This document shows, one piece after another, positions 7,662-16,906 of a stretch of DNA of 64,000 nucleotides. Numbering within the stretch: the stretch's first letter is position 1; the number at the start of each line of letters is the position of its first letter. This DNA comes from Candidatus Woesearchaeota archaeon. Its GTDB lineage: Archaea; Nanobdellota; Nanobdellia; Pacearchaeales; GW2011-AR1. The notes under the pieces were generated by a model. It saw only the letters and a list, made by a program, of their open reading frames with translations, made no database searches and was not told the DNA's origin. The position numbers and the translations under genes are program-made. The stretch spans positions 74,137-138,136 of the forward strand of contig CAZOEF010000003.1 of the NCBI GenBank assembly GCA_964578845.1, given 5' to 3'.

Positions 7662-9489
7662 GATCAAAATAAAAATAGATATTTTCTGTGTCAGTTGTTT
7701 GATATTGCCTTAATCTTGCAGGTATTTTTATTTCATAGTCGTAAGTCCCGTAAGCTCCCTGCTTTTGCTTGTTTATCTGTGAGACAAATACTAAATCTTC
7801 TCTGTCATCCTGGCTATATTGGCCGTCAGTATCATCAGAAGAGTCCCAAAGTATTCCTGTGACAAAATTGGAGTTATTTATTGAATTTACTATAGGTATA
7901 TTTAGGACATCATTGTCGTAGATATTGAAATCAAATAAATTGATCGGAGTTGAGCCGTCTGAAGTGAAAACATTGCTGACTGAGTCTTCTAGGTCATCCA
8001 TATTTAATAATAAGTCTATTTCTGAAAAATCATCTAGAGAGTCATCTAAATTACTGTCCTTTCCTATTGCGATCAAAGAGCTCCAGGAGATATCGCTTTC
8101 TGAGTCTGTCACAAATATATTGCCGGATGAAAGTGAATCATTGAACCAGACACTTACATTTGAAAGCCCGAAATTCGATAATAGCAAATCAACATTGACG
8201 TTGCCGTAAAATTCCTGCCACGCACCCACATTTATTTCCTTATTCAGTTTATTATCTGTTTCGTTTTCCTCAACAATTAAATTCTCTATATCTGCCAGGA
8301 TAAATATATTAGATGTGCCTATCTGGGCATTCCATGTGAAATTTAAATTTCCATTTTCTAATCCTTGCAAGTCAAGGGTTTGATTGCTAAGCTGTGTTCC
8401 TCCTAAAGAAGGATCGCCTAAATAAATGCCAGTTATGAAATCTCCGCTTTGCGAGCAGCCATTATTATTGACTATTGCAGATATTGACAGTTGCTGATTT
8501 TCTATAGGCTGATTGCTGCTAAATTCTAAATCCTCTATTTGGATATCAGCATTTTCAGGATATACATTTAATATTTCAGTCTGGCTATTAATATTATTGG
8601 AGAAGTCCTCGGCATAGCAGCTGAATTCCCATTCCCCTAGACTATTTAGGGAGATATCTGCAAAATAAGTATCTCCAATGTTTTGAGCAGTTATGTTTGC
8701 TGAAGTTCCATTTGGAGCAATATAATTCACAAGAACATTTTGCACTCCGGTAAATGCATCACTGGCTGTGCAATTGATCCGGGCAATATTTTCTAGGCCG
8801 CAGACTTGGCTGGTCAAGTTTATTGCTAGGTCTATAGCAGGAAGGGTATTGTCTACATTTAATGTAAAGTTCTGTGATATCTTTGTTATTGAAAGTTCAT
8901 CCATGGCTAAACAGGCCCATTCATAAGTGCCTTCAGTTGCTGTTTGAGTGAAATTTGATTCTGAATGGTTTCCGCTTGCCTGATTAACAGAAACAATAGA
9001 CCAGGAACCATTCCAATCTGCATAAAGGGTAACATTTGCAAGATTGGCATCAGGATCTTCCGCAATGCAGCTAAGCTGGAAAGGACTAGAAACATTTGCA
9101 AAATCTGGAAAATTCAGGGTTATGCTCGGAGGCGAATTCAATGTCAGGTTAGGCATCACATTATTGCTGCCGTTGACAATAAGGCTGGCCTCACTTGTGA
9201 CATATCCATCTCCTGAATCAATCACTTTAGCTCTTAATTGATCCCCTATAGAACAGCCATTGTTCAGCAAAGAACAATCTATTAAGTAAGTATTACTAAT
9301 CAAAGAGTTGCCAAGTCCGATTATATCAGTAACATTATCATTTGTTCCAAAAGCAGGATTCCATAAGACAATTATTTTTCCGTCTGCACTCTGTCCATCC
9401 AATGCATCATTTACTAAACCGGTTATATTAAGCGCAGAAGCTTCGTGGACAAAAATTATTATGATAAGTATTAAAAGAATTCTTTTCAT
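7654..9489 (-). CDS. secreted surface protein: shared N-terminal domain plus Ig/CARDB-like repeats, many N-glycosylation sequons
   Basis: 611 aa with a signal peptide (MKRILLILIIIIFVHEASA). The N-terminal ~115 aa are paralogous to 13454..14674. A CARDB-like segment is present (ISAIVNNNGCSQSGDF...ENETDNKLNKEINV). More than 20 N-x-S/T sequons by eye. Confidence 0.7.
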   Translation of the reverse strand: MKRILLILIIIIFVHEASALNITGLVNDALDGQSADGKIIVLWNPAFGTNDNVTDIIGLGNSLISNTYLIDCSLLNNGCSIGDQLRAKVIDSGDGYVTSEASLIVNGSNNVMPNLTLNSPPSITLNFPDFANVSSPFQLSCIAEDPDANLANVTLYADWNGSWSIVSVNQASGNHSESNFTQTATEGTYEWACLAMDELSITKISQNFTLNVDNTLPAIDLAINLTSQVCGLENIARINCTASDAFTGVQNVLVNYIAPNGTSANITAQNIGDTYFADISLNSLGEWEFSCYAEDFSNNINSQTEILNVYPENADIQIEDLEFSSNQPIENQQLSISAIVNNNGCSQSGDFITGIYLGDPSLGGTQLSNQTLDLQGLENGNLNFTWNAQIGTSNIFILADIENLIVEENETDNKLNKEINVGAWQEFYGNVNVDLLLSNFGLSNVSVWFNDSLSSGNIFVTDSESDISWSSLIAIGKDSNLDDSLDDFSEIDLLLNMDDLEDSVSNVFTSDGSTPINLFDFNIYDNDVLNIPIVNSINNSNFVTGILWDSSDDTDGQYSQDDREDLVFVSQINKQKQGAYGTYDYEIKIPARLRQYQTTDTENIYFYFDLN

Positions 9490-9815
9490 TATGGAACTAA
9501 TAGAGTCAAATTCCTGCTGGCATATATCTCATATTCTCTGCCAGGAATTATCAGGAAATTGCTCCCGACCCCTCCCATTGCTTTCACGAATCCGATTGTT
9601 TCCTGCCTTTGCTCATCAAAATAACTGATAGTGGTTATATCTGGATTTAACAATATAAGGTCACTCACATACAATGTAGCATTTATCTGCAATAAGTTCT
9701 TGCCTTCAGATAAATTAGCTACTTCTCTGCCGTATGCCTTTGTTAAATTAGGGATCATGATTAATGAAGCCAGCACAATTATTGCTATCGCAATGAGTAT
9801 CTTATTTGCCGTCAT
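9489..9815 (-). CDS. small secreted/anchored protein (108 aa)
   Basis: It has an N-terminal hydrophobic signal (ILIAIAIIVLASLIMIP). It overlaps its neighbours by 14 nt and 1 nt, so it is within the operon. Confidence 0.5.
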   Translation of the reverse strand: MTANKILIAIAIIVLASLIMIPNLTKAYGREVANLSEGKNLLQINATLYVSDLILLNPDITTISYFDEQRQETIGFVKAMGGVGSNFLIIPGREYEIYASRNLTLLVP

Positions 9816-12021
9816 TTACCCTCCTGGATAGCTTGCTGTGTTTAGCCTTGAATTTTTCTTTGATTTTTTGTGAGGAAGTTTCAAGCACCTTGTCAATTTC
9901 AAAAAATATTTCCTTAGCCTCCTCTATGCTGGCTTCATTGGCATTATTGAATTTACTCCTTAAATGAGCTTCATGGAGGTCATCATTAAGCTCAATTAAT
10001 AAGGAATATACTTTCTTTTTATATTTCTTTTCCAGTGAGGAATACTCGTCTGACAATGATTGGTATATTTTTTTTGCACTATCTATATCCCCTTCCCTAA
10101 TACTAGACCTTGCACCAGAGATATCATCTAATATCTCGCTTAAGGATCCATTATTTATATCTGAAAATCCCTTTCTGATAAAATAAAAATATATTCCAAA
10201 TCCAAATAATATCATAATTGCCAAAATCAATCCGAAGTATCCTCCTTTGCCAGAATCGACAAATGAGAAATATCCTGTAATAGGGAAGTTCTGCTCTTGG
10301 GGGATGTCTTTGTACAAGAGCAATGTCCTGATATTATCTATATTATTAAGGTCAAAATGCCCATCAACTATGTAAGTTATTTCTTCGGTATCTAAGCTGA
10401 AAGAGATTATCGGATCGTCTTTAATTACTGAATAGCCCGGGTTTTTTATATCCATCTCCCCGATACTGTTAACTATTTCTTTTGGGACAAAATGCACTAT
10501 CGAGAGGTTATTATCTTCCCTTGAATTTAGCTTATTGAATGCCTTAATTAATGATTTTTCCCTCCTGCTTCCATCTAAATATATTATGTCTAAATTATAT
10601 GCATTTACGCTGCTTTCCAGCTCCAGGTTTTCCATGGACTCGATGGATTTCTTTATTCTTTTTTCTGAATCAGTGGTGTCCGGGTTTATCTGCAGGAATA
10701 CCTTTTCTAGTTCTTCAGGGTTTGTCGGTAATGAAGCCTCTTTTTCTGAAACAATCGATATGCTTTCAGGGACTTTCTTCTTTATTGTATTTAATCTAAG
10801 CTCTACAGATTGCAGCTTGCTGTCAAGTTCAGCCCTCGTTAGGCTTTGTTGTTTATATTTTTCAACATCTTTCCTTAGTGAGCTCAATTCTGATTTGACA
10901 CCGGCCAATTCTTTTCCAAATTCCAGCGATTCAATTATGTCTGCCTCAGCACCATCTTTTGAATTGAATGAATTTTCAATGCTCTTCACGTCATCCATGA
11001 CTAAATCCACTCCTGACAATGAATTATCGACTAGGCCTTGAAGATTTATTGATAGTCCTGTTGGCGAAGTAATGCTATTCTCAAACAATGCAGTGGCATA
11101 TGCTTCGACAGAGAGCTCCCCTTCATTGCCCGCCTCATCAACAGCAGAGATTCTATAATAATATGTTTTTCCTTTCTCTACTGAAGTGTCCGAATATGAA
11201 TCATCCTCCCTGCTTACCTCCTTATAGAAATCAGAATATTCCACGTTAGGCGATTCTGATTTATATATCCTATAAAAGTCAATCTCATCATCATCTTCAT
11301 GCCATTCTAGTTCAGTCCTTCCATTAAAGCCTGTAGCATCAAAGTCCAGTATAGTTCTTGGTTTTATAGTATCTACTATAAATATTGAGCCTGAAGTTAT
11401 CTCTGTGCCAGTATTCCCATTGATGTCTTTAGCGCTGAATTTGAATGAGCTAGCAGTTTCACCTGCAGAGTCATCTATGATTAAATATCCATTCCAGTCT
11501 GTTCCAGATCCTGAGAGGGGAATAGGGTCATAACTGATGCCATTGAATGAATACGTTAAACTAGGGGATTGCTGGACAGGCTTTGATGTGATCAGGCTGA
11601 TCTCGAACAAGCCAGCGCCTATTGGAGAATCATCTGAAAGGCTTATCTGGGCAGTTACTGGAGTAATTATATTGAAGGTGATTTCTAGTTTGCTAGAGCT
11701 AGTATCTGTCGAGTTCCTGCAAGCTATGAAATATTTATATGATCCATCATTAAGGTCCGTAAAGCTTTTCTTATGTAATGTCCCAAAATTAAAGTCAAAT
11801 GTTCCTTCCATGCTTTCATATGATGCTCCTGAATTACTGCTATATTTGCAATTAACAATTCTGTCAGTTCTTATCTCCATTGAAACAGATTTATCTAATA
11901 TTATATCTGGGTAGATATAACTTGCCCCTGAACTGGTATCAAAATTATATGAGACTATTGATACAGCCATAACACTCTGGATGCTAAATATCAATAAAGC
12001 AATCAGTATTATTTTCTTCAT
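9802..12021 (-). CDS. type I membrane surface protein with FN3-like domain, coiled coil, TM and cytoplasmic tail
   Basis: 739 aa with a signal peptide. An FN3-like stretch is YRIYKSESPN...GKTYYYRISAVDEAGNEGELS. The TM is GLILAIMILFGFGIYFYFI. It has an ATGA overlap with the upstream gene. Confidence 0.7.
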   Translation of the reverse strand: MKKIILIALLIFSIQSVMAVSIVSYNFDTSSGASYIYPDIILDKSVSMEIRTDRIVNCKYSSNSGASYESMEGTFDFNFGTLHKKSFTDLNDGSYKYFIACRNSTDTSSSKLEITFNIITPVTAQISLSDDSPIGAGLFEISLITSKPVQQSPSLTYSFNGISYDPIPLSGSGTDWNGYLIIDDSAGETASSFKFSAKDINGNTGTEITSGSIFIVDTIKPRTILDFDATGFNGRTELEWHEDDDEIDFYRIYKSESPNVEYSDFYKEVSREDDSYSDTSVEKGKTYYYRISAVDEAGNEGELSVEAYATALFENSITSPTGLSINLQGLVDNSLSGVDLVMDDVKSIENSFNSKDGAEADIIESLEFGKELAGVKSELSSLRKDVEKYKQQSLTRAELDSKLQSVELRLNTIKKKVPESISIVSEKEASLPTNPEELEKVFLQINPDTTDSEKRIKKSIESMENLELESSVNAYNLDIIYLDGSRREKSLIKAFNKLNSREDNNLSIVHFVPKEIVNSIGEMDIKNPGYSVIKDDPIISFSLDTEEITYIVDGHFDLNNIDNIRTLLLYKDIPQEQNFPITGYFSFVDSGKGGYFGLILAIMILFGFGIYFYFIRKGFSDINNGSLSEILDDISGARSSIREGDIDSAKKIYQSLSDEYSSLEKKYKKKVYSLLIELNDDLHEAHLRSKFNNANEASIEEAKEIFFEIDKVLETSSQKIKEKFKAKHSKLSRRVNDGK

Positions 12022-13211
12022 CTTATTCCTCTAAGTTTATCCATGAACTTCCTCCTTTCTTTTCTCACCTTGAAATACATCAGCAGGATCAAAGCAGCCA
12101 CTATCAAATAAGCAAGGATTATCAGGATAGTTCTTAGGCTAATCCCTGTTCCTCTGACATTGATGACTTTGCTGGATTCAAATGTTCTCTTTTTATCATA
12201 GAATATTCTTCCGCTTACAACATATCTTCCGGGTTTTTGTGGTGTGAAGAAAAAGCTGAAGTTAGTGGAACTGTCTATTGGGACACTTATTGTCTCGCTT
12301 TCTAATACTTGTACTATCTTATCACCAAGTTTGATTTCCCCCCTGAATTGGGCATCGACTTCTTTTTCCCCAGTGTTATCGAATAAAGCCAGGATCTGGG
12401 AAGTATCTCCTTCATCCATCCAAACTGGAGCCATAATCTCTCTCAAAACTCCCTGTGCTCTTAGTGCCCCTGGCTCATAGACATCAAGTGTCAAAGTAGA
12501 TGAGTCAAAACAATCAACTGCTGATATCTCTGCCCAATACTGATCTACTTCTAAATCATCAGTAGGGACTTCAAAGCTGATTCTCTCCTGCCTTGTTGGA
12601 AGTATTTCCTTCCCTAAAAACTCAGTGCTTTTTACTATGCTAATCTGCTCTTGGTCCCATAAGTCTACAAGCATCCTCGGCCTTAGCCTTACATTCCCTT
12701 CGTTCAATATATCTGCACCAAAAACAATATCATCTCCCTGCTCAACTGAGGTGGCCCCAAAATTTGTTGCATGGCATTGTATTATTTCATTGTCTACAAT
12801 ATTCACTTCAATTGCCACATCAAGGACTGCAAGGATATTCCCTGTCGCGTGCCCTTGCTGGCCATCATCTCCTATTGAAGTTGTCCTGATCCTAAAGAAT
12901 CCTGTGTAGTTCCCATTAGGAATATCAGAAGGGGGTTCTACAGCCACTACAGGTCTCCAAGGATCATCTCTTGAGATGATAGATGAATTGTCTTCAAATG
13001 TGATCCATTCAGCAATATTCCCTAAGGGCTCGATACTGGCTTCCACAGGATCATCGCCGCTATAGCTTATGGTGAAAACTCTCTCAGCATATCCCCCGCG
13101 CAGTACTTGGTCATATTTGTAATTACTTGGGCTGACTCCTACAATGCCTTGCGCCGTGGCAGCTGACGCTAAAATTATCGCTGCAATCACTAAAATAAAT
13201 AATTTACTCAT
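12018..13211 (-). CDS. surface protein with signal peptide and C-terminal TM anchor plus basic tail (CARDB/NEW3-like beta domains)
   Basis: 397 aa. The signal peptide is MSKLFILVIAAIILASAATAQG and the C-terminal anchor is ILIILAYLIVAALILLMYFKVRKERRK. It is coupled by ATGA overlaps on both sides. Confidence 0.7.
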   Translation of the reverse strand: MSKLFILVIAAIILASAATAQGIVGVSPSNYKYDQVLRGGYAERVFTISYSGDDPVEASIEPLGNIAEWITFEDNSSIISRDDPWRPVVAVEPPSDIPNGNYTGFFRIRTTSIGDDGQQGHATGNILAVLDVAIEVNIVDNEIIQCHATNFGATSVEQGDDIVFGADILNEGNVRLRPRMLVDLWDQEQISIVKSTEFLGKEILPTRQERISFEVPTDDLEVDQYWAEISAVDCFDSSTLTLDVYEPGALRAQGVLREIMAPVWMDEGDTSQILALFDNTGEKEVDAQFRGEIKLGDKIVQVLESETISVPIDSSTNFSFFFTPQKPGRYVVSGRIFYDKKRTFESSKVINVRGTGISLRTILIILAYLIVAALILLMYFKVRKERRKFMDKLRGIR

Positions 13212-13381
13212 TTTTTCTCCTTGTCCAAGATCCAGTTTATGACGATATTCCTTATTATCTCTGCTTTTGTGTTTCCCAGAATTCCTGTATACTTCTCGAT
13301 TAAGGATAATTGGTCCTCATTGAAAGTTACAGGAATTTTTTCTTTTCTCTTTTTAGTTACTTTTTGGTTACCTTTAGGCAT
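13208..13381 (-). CDS. small ribbon-helix-helix-like DNA-binding protein, 57 aa
   Basis: Hand-translated: MPKGNQKVTKKRKEKIPVTFNEDQLSLIEKYTGILGNTKAEIIRNIVINWILDKEKK. Its stop overlaps the ATG of 12018..13211 (ATGA). It is below the ORF-track cutoff. The track instead shows a TTG-started ORF on the opposite strand. Confidence 0.5.
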   Translation of the reverse strand: MPKGNQKVTKKRKEKIPVTFNEDQLSLIEKYTGILGNTKAEIIRNIVINWILDKEKK

Positions 13382-13407
13382 TTTTCTATATATTTTTAAT
13401 CTCTTTT

Positions 13408-13429
13408 TTAGATACTTATTAGATACTTT
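13408..13429. promoter_or_regulatory. tandem 11-bp direct repeat upstream of RHH mini-gene (candidate operator)
   Basis: TTAGATACTTA (13408-13418) is followed immediately by TTAGATACTTT (13419-13429), 27-48 nt upstream of the ATG at 13381. Confidence 0.45.
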
Positions 13430-13453
13430 TAAGGTATTTAAGCCTTTTTAGAA

Positions 13454-14674
13454 TCAGTTTTCAGGACCTATGGCTGCCCCAAATATTATATTCCCTTCGC
13501 ATGAGCCAGCCACTCCGCTAGGAACATAGATTCTCCAATAGGTTTTGCCAGTATCATCAAGGAAAGCTGCTAAGTCATTTGACCTATGGCCAAGGTTAAA
13601 GCTCCTGATAGTTGATATGCTGCTTAAGTTCCTGTAACTTGACTCGAACATTTGAAGGTCCATAAATCCAGGATTACTGGCAGTCAGGTTATATCTCTGA
13701 TAATTTATAGGAATATTCTTGGTCAATCCTTCTGTGCAATTCATGGCAAGGTTATCTCCTGGCGTAACAGCATATCCGCTCAGGCTAAGGTTTATTTCTA
13801 CATTTCCCATATTGGTGACATTTATGATAGATTCTTCAGATACTTCAAGGGCATTAACTTGTCCAAAATCCACTGTATCCTCAAGTTGTATTGCAAGAAG
13901 AGGGTTGACCATGCTGATATTCGAGCCTTGATTTGAGATATTTAGATGATCATTAACGAGCATTGTGCAATTCCAGATATTTGAATCTGCATAATACTCC
14001 AGGTCAAAGCTGCAAGTAGCATAAGATTCTAGCGGGCCTCCGAATCCTGCATCTAAGAAGCAACTGGAGTTTGAGTAATGATTATTATTGTCGTCGGGGT
14101 CGCTGTAACTAAACCCTGCGTCAAATACTCTCGCGCTTGAGCTTGTGATGTCATCTTCTCCATCATAGTCAAAGATTACCCCCTCACAAGTCACTTGTGT
14201 AGTGGTTGCAGGAGTCAGGTCTATTTCTCCGGCAGGGTTTATCAGTCCGTCATCTAACAATATCAAATTGAACACAGGAGGGGAGTTAAGTGTTAAATTA
14301 GGCGCTACATCAAAACCAGTGCCGCTAACTGTTACATTTACTTCGCTAGTGATGTATCTATCACCTTCATCTAAAACTTTTATGCTTAATTTATTCCCGA
14401 CAAAGCATCCGTTATTTAGCTCCTCGCAATCAACAAGGTAAATATTATCAGTTTCTGAATTTCCGTTAGGGCCGATTATACCAGTAACATTATCATCTTC
14501 CCCAAAGGAAGGGTTCCACAGTACTATACTCCTGTCATTAGCAATTGTTCCATCCATTGCATCATTCACCCTTCCAACTATAAAATGGGCTGCACTGGCG
14601 ACAGGAATAAAGCTGGAAAATATTAATGCAATGAATAATATCAAGAAAAATTTGTAGATCATTACGATATTCAT
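13454..14674 (-). CDS. secreted surface protein sharing the N-terminal domain of 7654..9489
   Basis: 406 aa with a signal peptide ending VASA. The segment GRVNDAMDG...IVLWNPSFGEDDNVTGIIG...LVDCEELNNGC...PNLTLNSPP aligns by eye with 7654..9489 at roughly half identical positions. Confidence 0.7.
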   Translation of the reverse strand: MNIVMIYKFFLILFIALIFSSFIPVASAAHFIVGRVNDAMDGTIANDRSIVLWNPSFGEDDNVTGIIGPNGNSETDNIYLVDCEELNNGCFVGNKLSIKVLDEGDRYITSEVNVTVSGTGFDVAPNLTLNSPPVFNLILLDDGLINPAGEIDLTPATTTQVTCEGVIFDYDGEDDITSSSARVFDAGFSYSDPDDNNNHYSNSSCFLDAGFGGPLESYATCSFDLEYYADSNIWNCTMLVNDHLNISNQGSNISMVNPLLAIQLEDTVDFGQVNALEVSEESIINVTNMGNVEINLSLSGYAVTPGDNLAMNCTEGLTKNIPINYQRYNLTASNPGFMDLQMFESSYRNLSSISTIRSFNLGHRSNDLAAFLDDTGKTYWRIYVPSGVAGSCEGNIIFGAAIGPEN

Positions 14675-14712
14675 AAGAAAAAATATAAAAACTTATTCCC
14701 TGCCTCAAAATA

Positions 14713-15324
14713 ATGGAAAGTAAAGTTCTTGCCCGTGGAGCTGAAGCAGTTATAATAAAGGACAAGATCGCTAGAGTCATTAAAAAAAGAATCCCGAAAT
14801 CTTACAGGCACCCTCTTCTTGATGAGAAGCTGCGCAAGCAAAGGACAAGGAGGGAAGCTAAGCTCATAAATAAAGCAAACAGCTTAATACCTTCTGCTAA
14901 ACTAATCAAATCCGACGAAAAATCAAAGGAGATTGAAATGGAATTAATATCCGGAAAGAAATTGTCTGAAAGCCTTGATAAATTAAAAGATTATAATGGA
15001 GTATGTGAGCAGATTGGAATAAATATAGCTAAGCTCCATGATTCTGGGATTATCCATGGAGATTTGACTACGTCTAATATGATATTAAAAGATAAGAAAG
15101 TGTATTTCATAGATTTTGGGCTGGGATTCCATTCTGAAAGGATTGAAGATAAAGCAGTGGACCTACATTTGATAAAGCAAGCTCTTGAGGCTAAGCATCC
15201 CAAAATATTTGTTGAAGCATTTAAGAGTGTTCTTAAAGGATATAAAAAATCTAAGAGTTATGAGCAGGCTCTTCAAAGGCTTGAAAGAGTGGAGAAAAGA
15301 GGAAGGTACAAAGAGCAATATTGA
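14713..15324 (+). CDS. bud32: Bud32/PRPK-type small kinase (KEOPS subunit), stand-alone
   Basis: 203 aa. Motifs are RGAEAVI...KRIPKSYRH, catalytic IIHGDLTTSNMIL and YFIDFGLG. Confidence 0.8.
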   Translation: MESKVLARGAEAVIIKDKIARVIKKRIPKSYRHPLLDEKLRKQRTRREAKLINKANSLIPSAKLIKSDEKSKEIEMELISGKKLSESLDKLKDYNGVCEQIGINIAKLHDSGIIHGDLTTSNMILKDKKVYFIDFGLGFHSERIEDKAVDLHLIKQALEAKHPKIFVEAFKSVLKGYKKSKSYEQALQRLERVEKRGRYKEQY

Positions 15325-15397
15325 TAGCCCTACCCGGATTCGAACCGGGGCTTCGGGCTCCAAAAGCCCGCGTCCTTGACCACTAGACTATAGGGCT
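15325..15397 (-). tRNA. tRNA-Gln: tRNA-Gln (anticodon UUG)
   Basis: Minus-strand sequence AGCCCTATAGTCTAGTGGTCAAGGACGCGGGCTTTTGGAGCCCGAAGCCCCGGTTCGAATCCGGGTAGGGCT folds as a cloverleaf. It has a 7-bp acceptor stem, anticodon loop TTTTGGA and T-loop TTCGAAT. No CCA is encoded. Confidence 0.9.
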
Positions 15398-16287
15398 AAA
15401 TTCCATTTTCTAACCTTGTCAAGGTGCTTACGGTTAGAAAATCCGACGAGTTTTAAAAACCTTTGTAACTCGCTTCTTTTAGTTAAATATATCTTCCTAT
15501 TGTCAACTAGTTTAGAAACCTTAATATCAAACCCTAAGAGAAAATTCCTTACATCCTTAAGAAGTACAGGATTATGGCTGGTAAAACAAATTTGATAAGT
15601 ATTTTGATTGGTTAGTTTATAGATACTTCCATCAGTATCATAAAGTCCACGCAAACATTTTCTTAAAAAATCATTATCCTTTTTAATCCAGCTTGGAATA
15701 GTAAGTTGATTTTTTATTTTATCTCCGGGTTTAAAACCCTTTTCTTCTAAAAAATTGGAGAGCTCCCTGCTAGTACAATACAACGAAATTGCATTTTGAT
15801 TCTTATGTTTCATAACGCCAACTCGTATATTAAATAGTTCTTCAATTAACGGTTTAACATAATAAACCAAGTAATTTTTATCGTGTCTAGAATCTCCGAC
15901 TATCCTAATTTGATACGTTCCAACTTTATAAGATTTCAGCTTTGTTAAATTTCCATCTCCTAACATGATACCAAAAAATTCCGCCAACTTAACAGACTCT
16001 TTTGGAAAAAATACTTCCTTGGTTTTTCCTCTTGATATTATTCCTCCTTTAGATTGACCCCATGAGTCTTTGAAGGTTTCTACAATAAAGGCACTGAAAT
16101 TCTTCCCAGTTAAAGAACATAGTTCCCTATAACTATTTTCAGATAAGATTCTATATTCATATCTAAGTTCATTTCTTATATATCCTTCAGCCAAATTCAA
16201 AATCTGAGACAATTCTTTCCAAGTCTTGCTGTTCTTGGCTAATTCAATTAACTCCCTCTGTTTTCCAGCAGCTAATTTTATTCTCAC
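15388..16287 (-). CDS. free-standing double-motif LAGLIDADG homing-endonuclease-like protein
   Basis: 299 aa with two LAGLIDADG motifs (FGIMLGDGNL and LRGLYDTDGSI). The TAG stop lies inside the 5' acceptor stem of tRNA-Gln, a 10-nt overlap. Confidence 0.8.
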   Translation of the reverse strand: MRIKLAAGKQRELIELAKNSKTWKELSQILNLAEGYIRNELRYEYRILSENSYRELCSLTGKNFSAFIVETFKDSWGQSKGGIISRGKTKEVFFPKESVKLAEFFGIMLGDGNLTKLKSYKVGTYQIRIVGDSRHDKNYLVYYVKPLIEELFNIRVGVMKHKNQNAISLYCTSRELSNFLEEKGFKPGDKIKNQLTIPSWIKKDNDFLRKCLRGLYDTDGSIYKLTNQNTYQICFTSHNPVLLKDVRNFLLGFDIKVSKLVDNRKIYLTKRSELQRFLKLVGFSNRKHLDKVRKWNLAL

Positions 16288-16336
16288 GAGGAATAGGCGT
16301 TGATAAAATATATAAAATTATTGTTTGACCGCTAAA

Positions 16337-16840
16337 CTACACATTATTGCTTTTCTCAAGAATTTTCCACGCTGCCTTGAAAGTCGGCATGCATTGCTCT
16401 GTCTTAACAAGCTTCTTCGCTTGCTCAAAATTTATCCATCTCCATTCCTTCACATCTTCTGGATTAGGATTTACATCATCTTTAACATTAACAGCAAAAA
16501 CTGACATGAATCTTTTCACGCCATCAAAATCATAGTATTTTTCCCCCAGATTATTTGCTCTTGATTTGACCCCTAATTCCCTCAATAAAGTCCTCTGCGC
16601 AGCATCCTGCGGCTTCTCCCCATCCCTAATAAGTCCAGCGCATGAGCCTCCCCAAAGGTCCTTTTTCCATACACTATCTTTTGCCCTTATAATCAAAACA
16701 AGATCATCAAATAAGACAAGAATATCAACAACCTTCAGGATATCTTTCTTCTTATTAACTTTGGACCTTGCTTTTACCTCCGTCTTCTCGCCCTTCTCAT
16801 TAAAAACAGCTATCTTCGCCTCTTTTTCCTGCATAGTCAT
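16337..16840 (-). CDS. Nudix-fold hydrolase family protein (degenerate Nudix box)
   Basis: 167 aa. GGSCAGLIRDGEKPQDAAQRTLLRELGV resembles GX5EX7REUXEEXGU but lacks the EE pair. Confidence 0.55.
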   Translation of the reverse strand: MTMQEKEAKIAVFNEKGEKTEVKARSKVNKKKDILKVVDILVLFDDLVLIIRAKDSVWKKDLWGGSCAGLIRDGEKPQDAAQRTLLRELGVKSRANNLGEKYYDFDGVKRFMSVFAVNVKDDVNPNPEDVKEWRWINFEQAKKLVKTEQCMPTFKAAWKILEKSNNV

Positions 16841-16906
16841 TCCAAAATCTTTAAGAATATAAATCTAACCACAACCCTTTTAAACCCATATTTACAACCT
16901 TAGTCT

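Noticed and set aside
13221-13451. TTG-started 76-aa plus-strand ORF in the gap of the surface operon.
   Set aside because: It has a non-ATG start and a Phe/Leu-rich low-complexity product. The minus strand encodes an ATG-started RHH-like protein with ATGA coupling to the next gene, which explains the region better.
7925-14441. Short ORFs inside the surface-protein operon on either strand, for example 7925..8209, 8907..9241, 9308..9831, 10535..11041, 11537..11914, 12244..12909 and 13652..14441.
   Set aside because: They are embedded in, or antisense to, long signal-peptide-bearing ORFs that are tightly coupled. They have no independent support.
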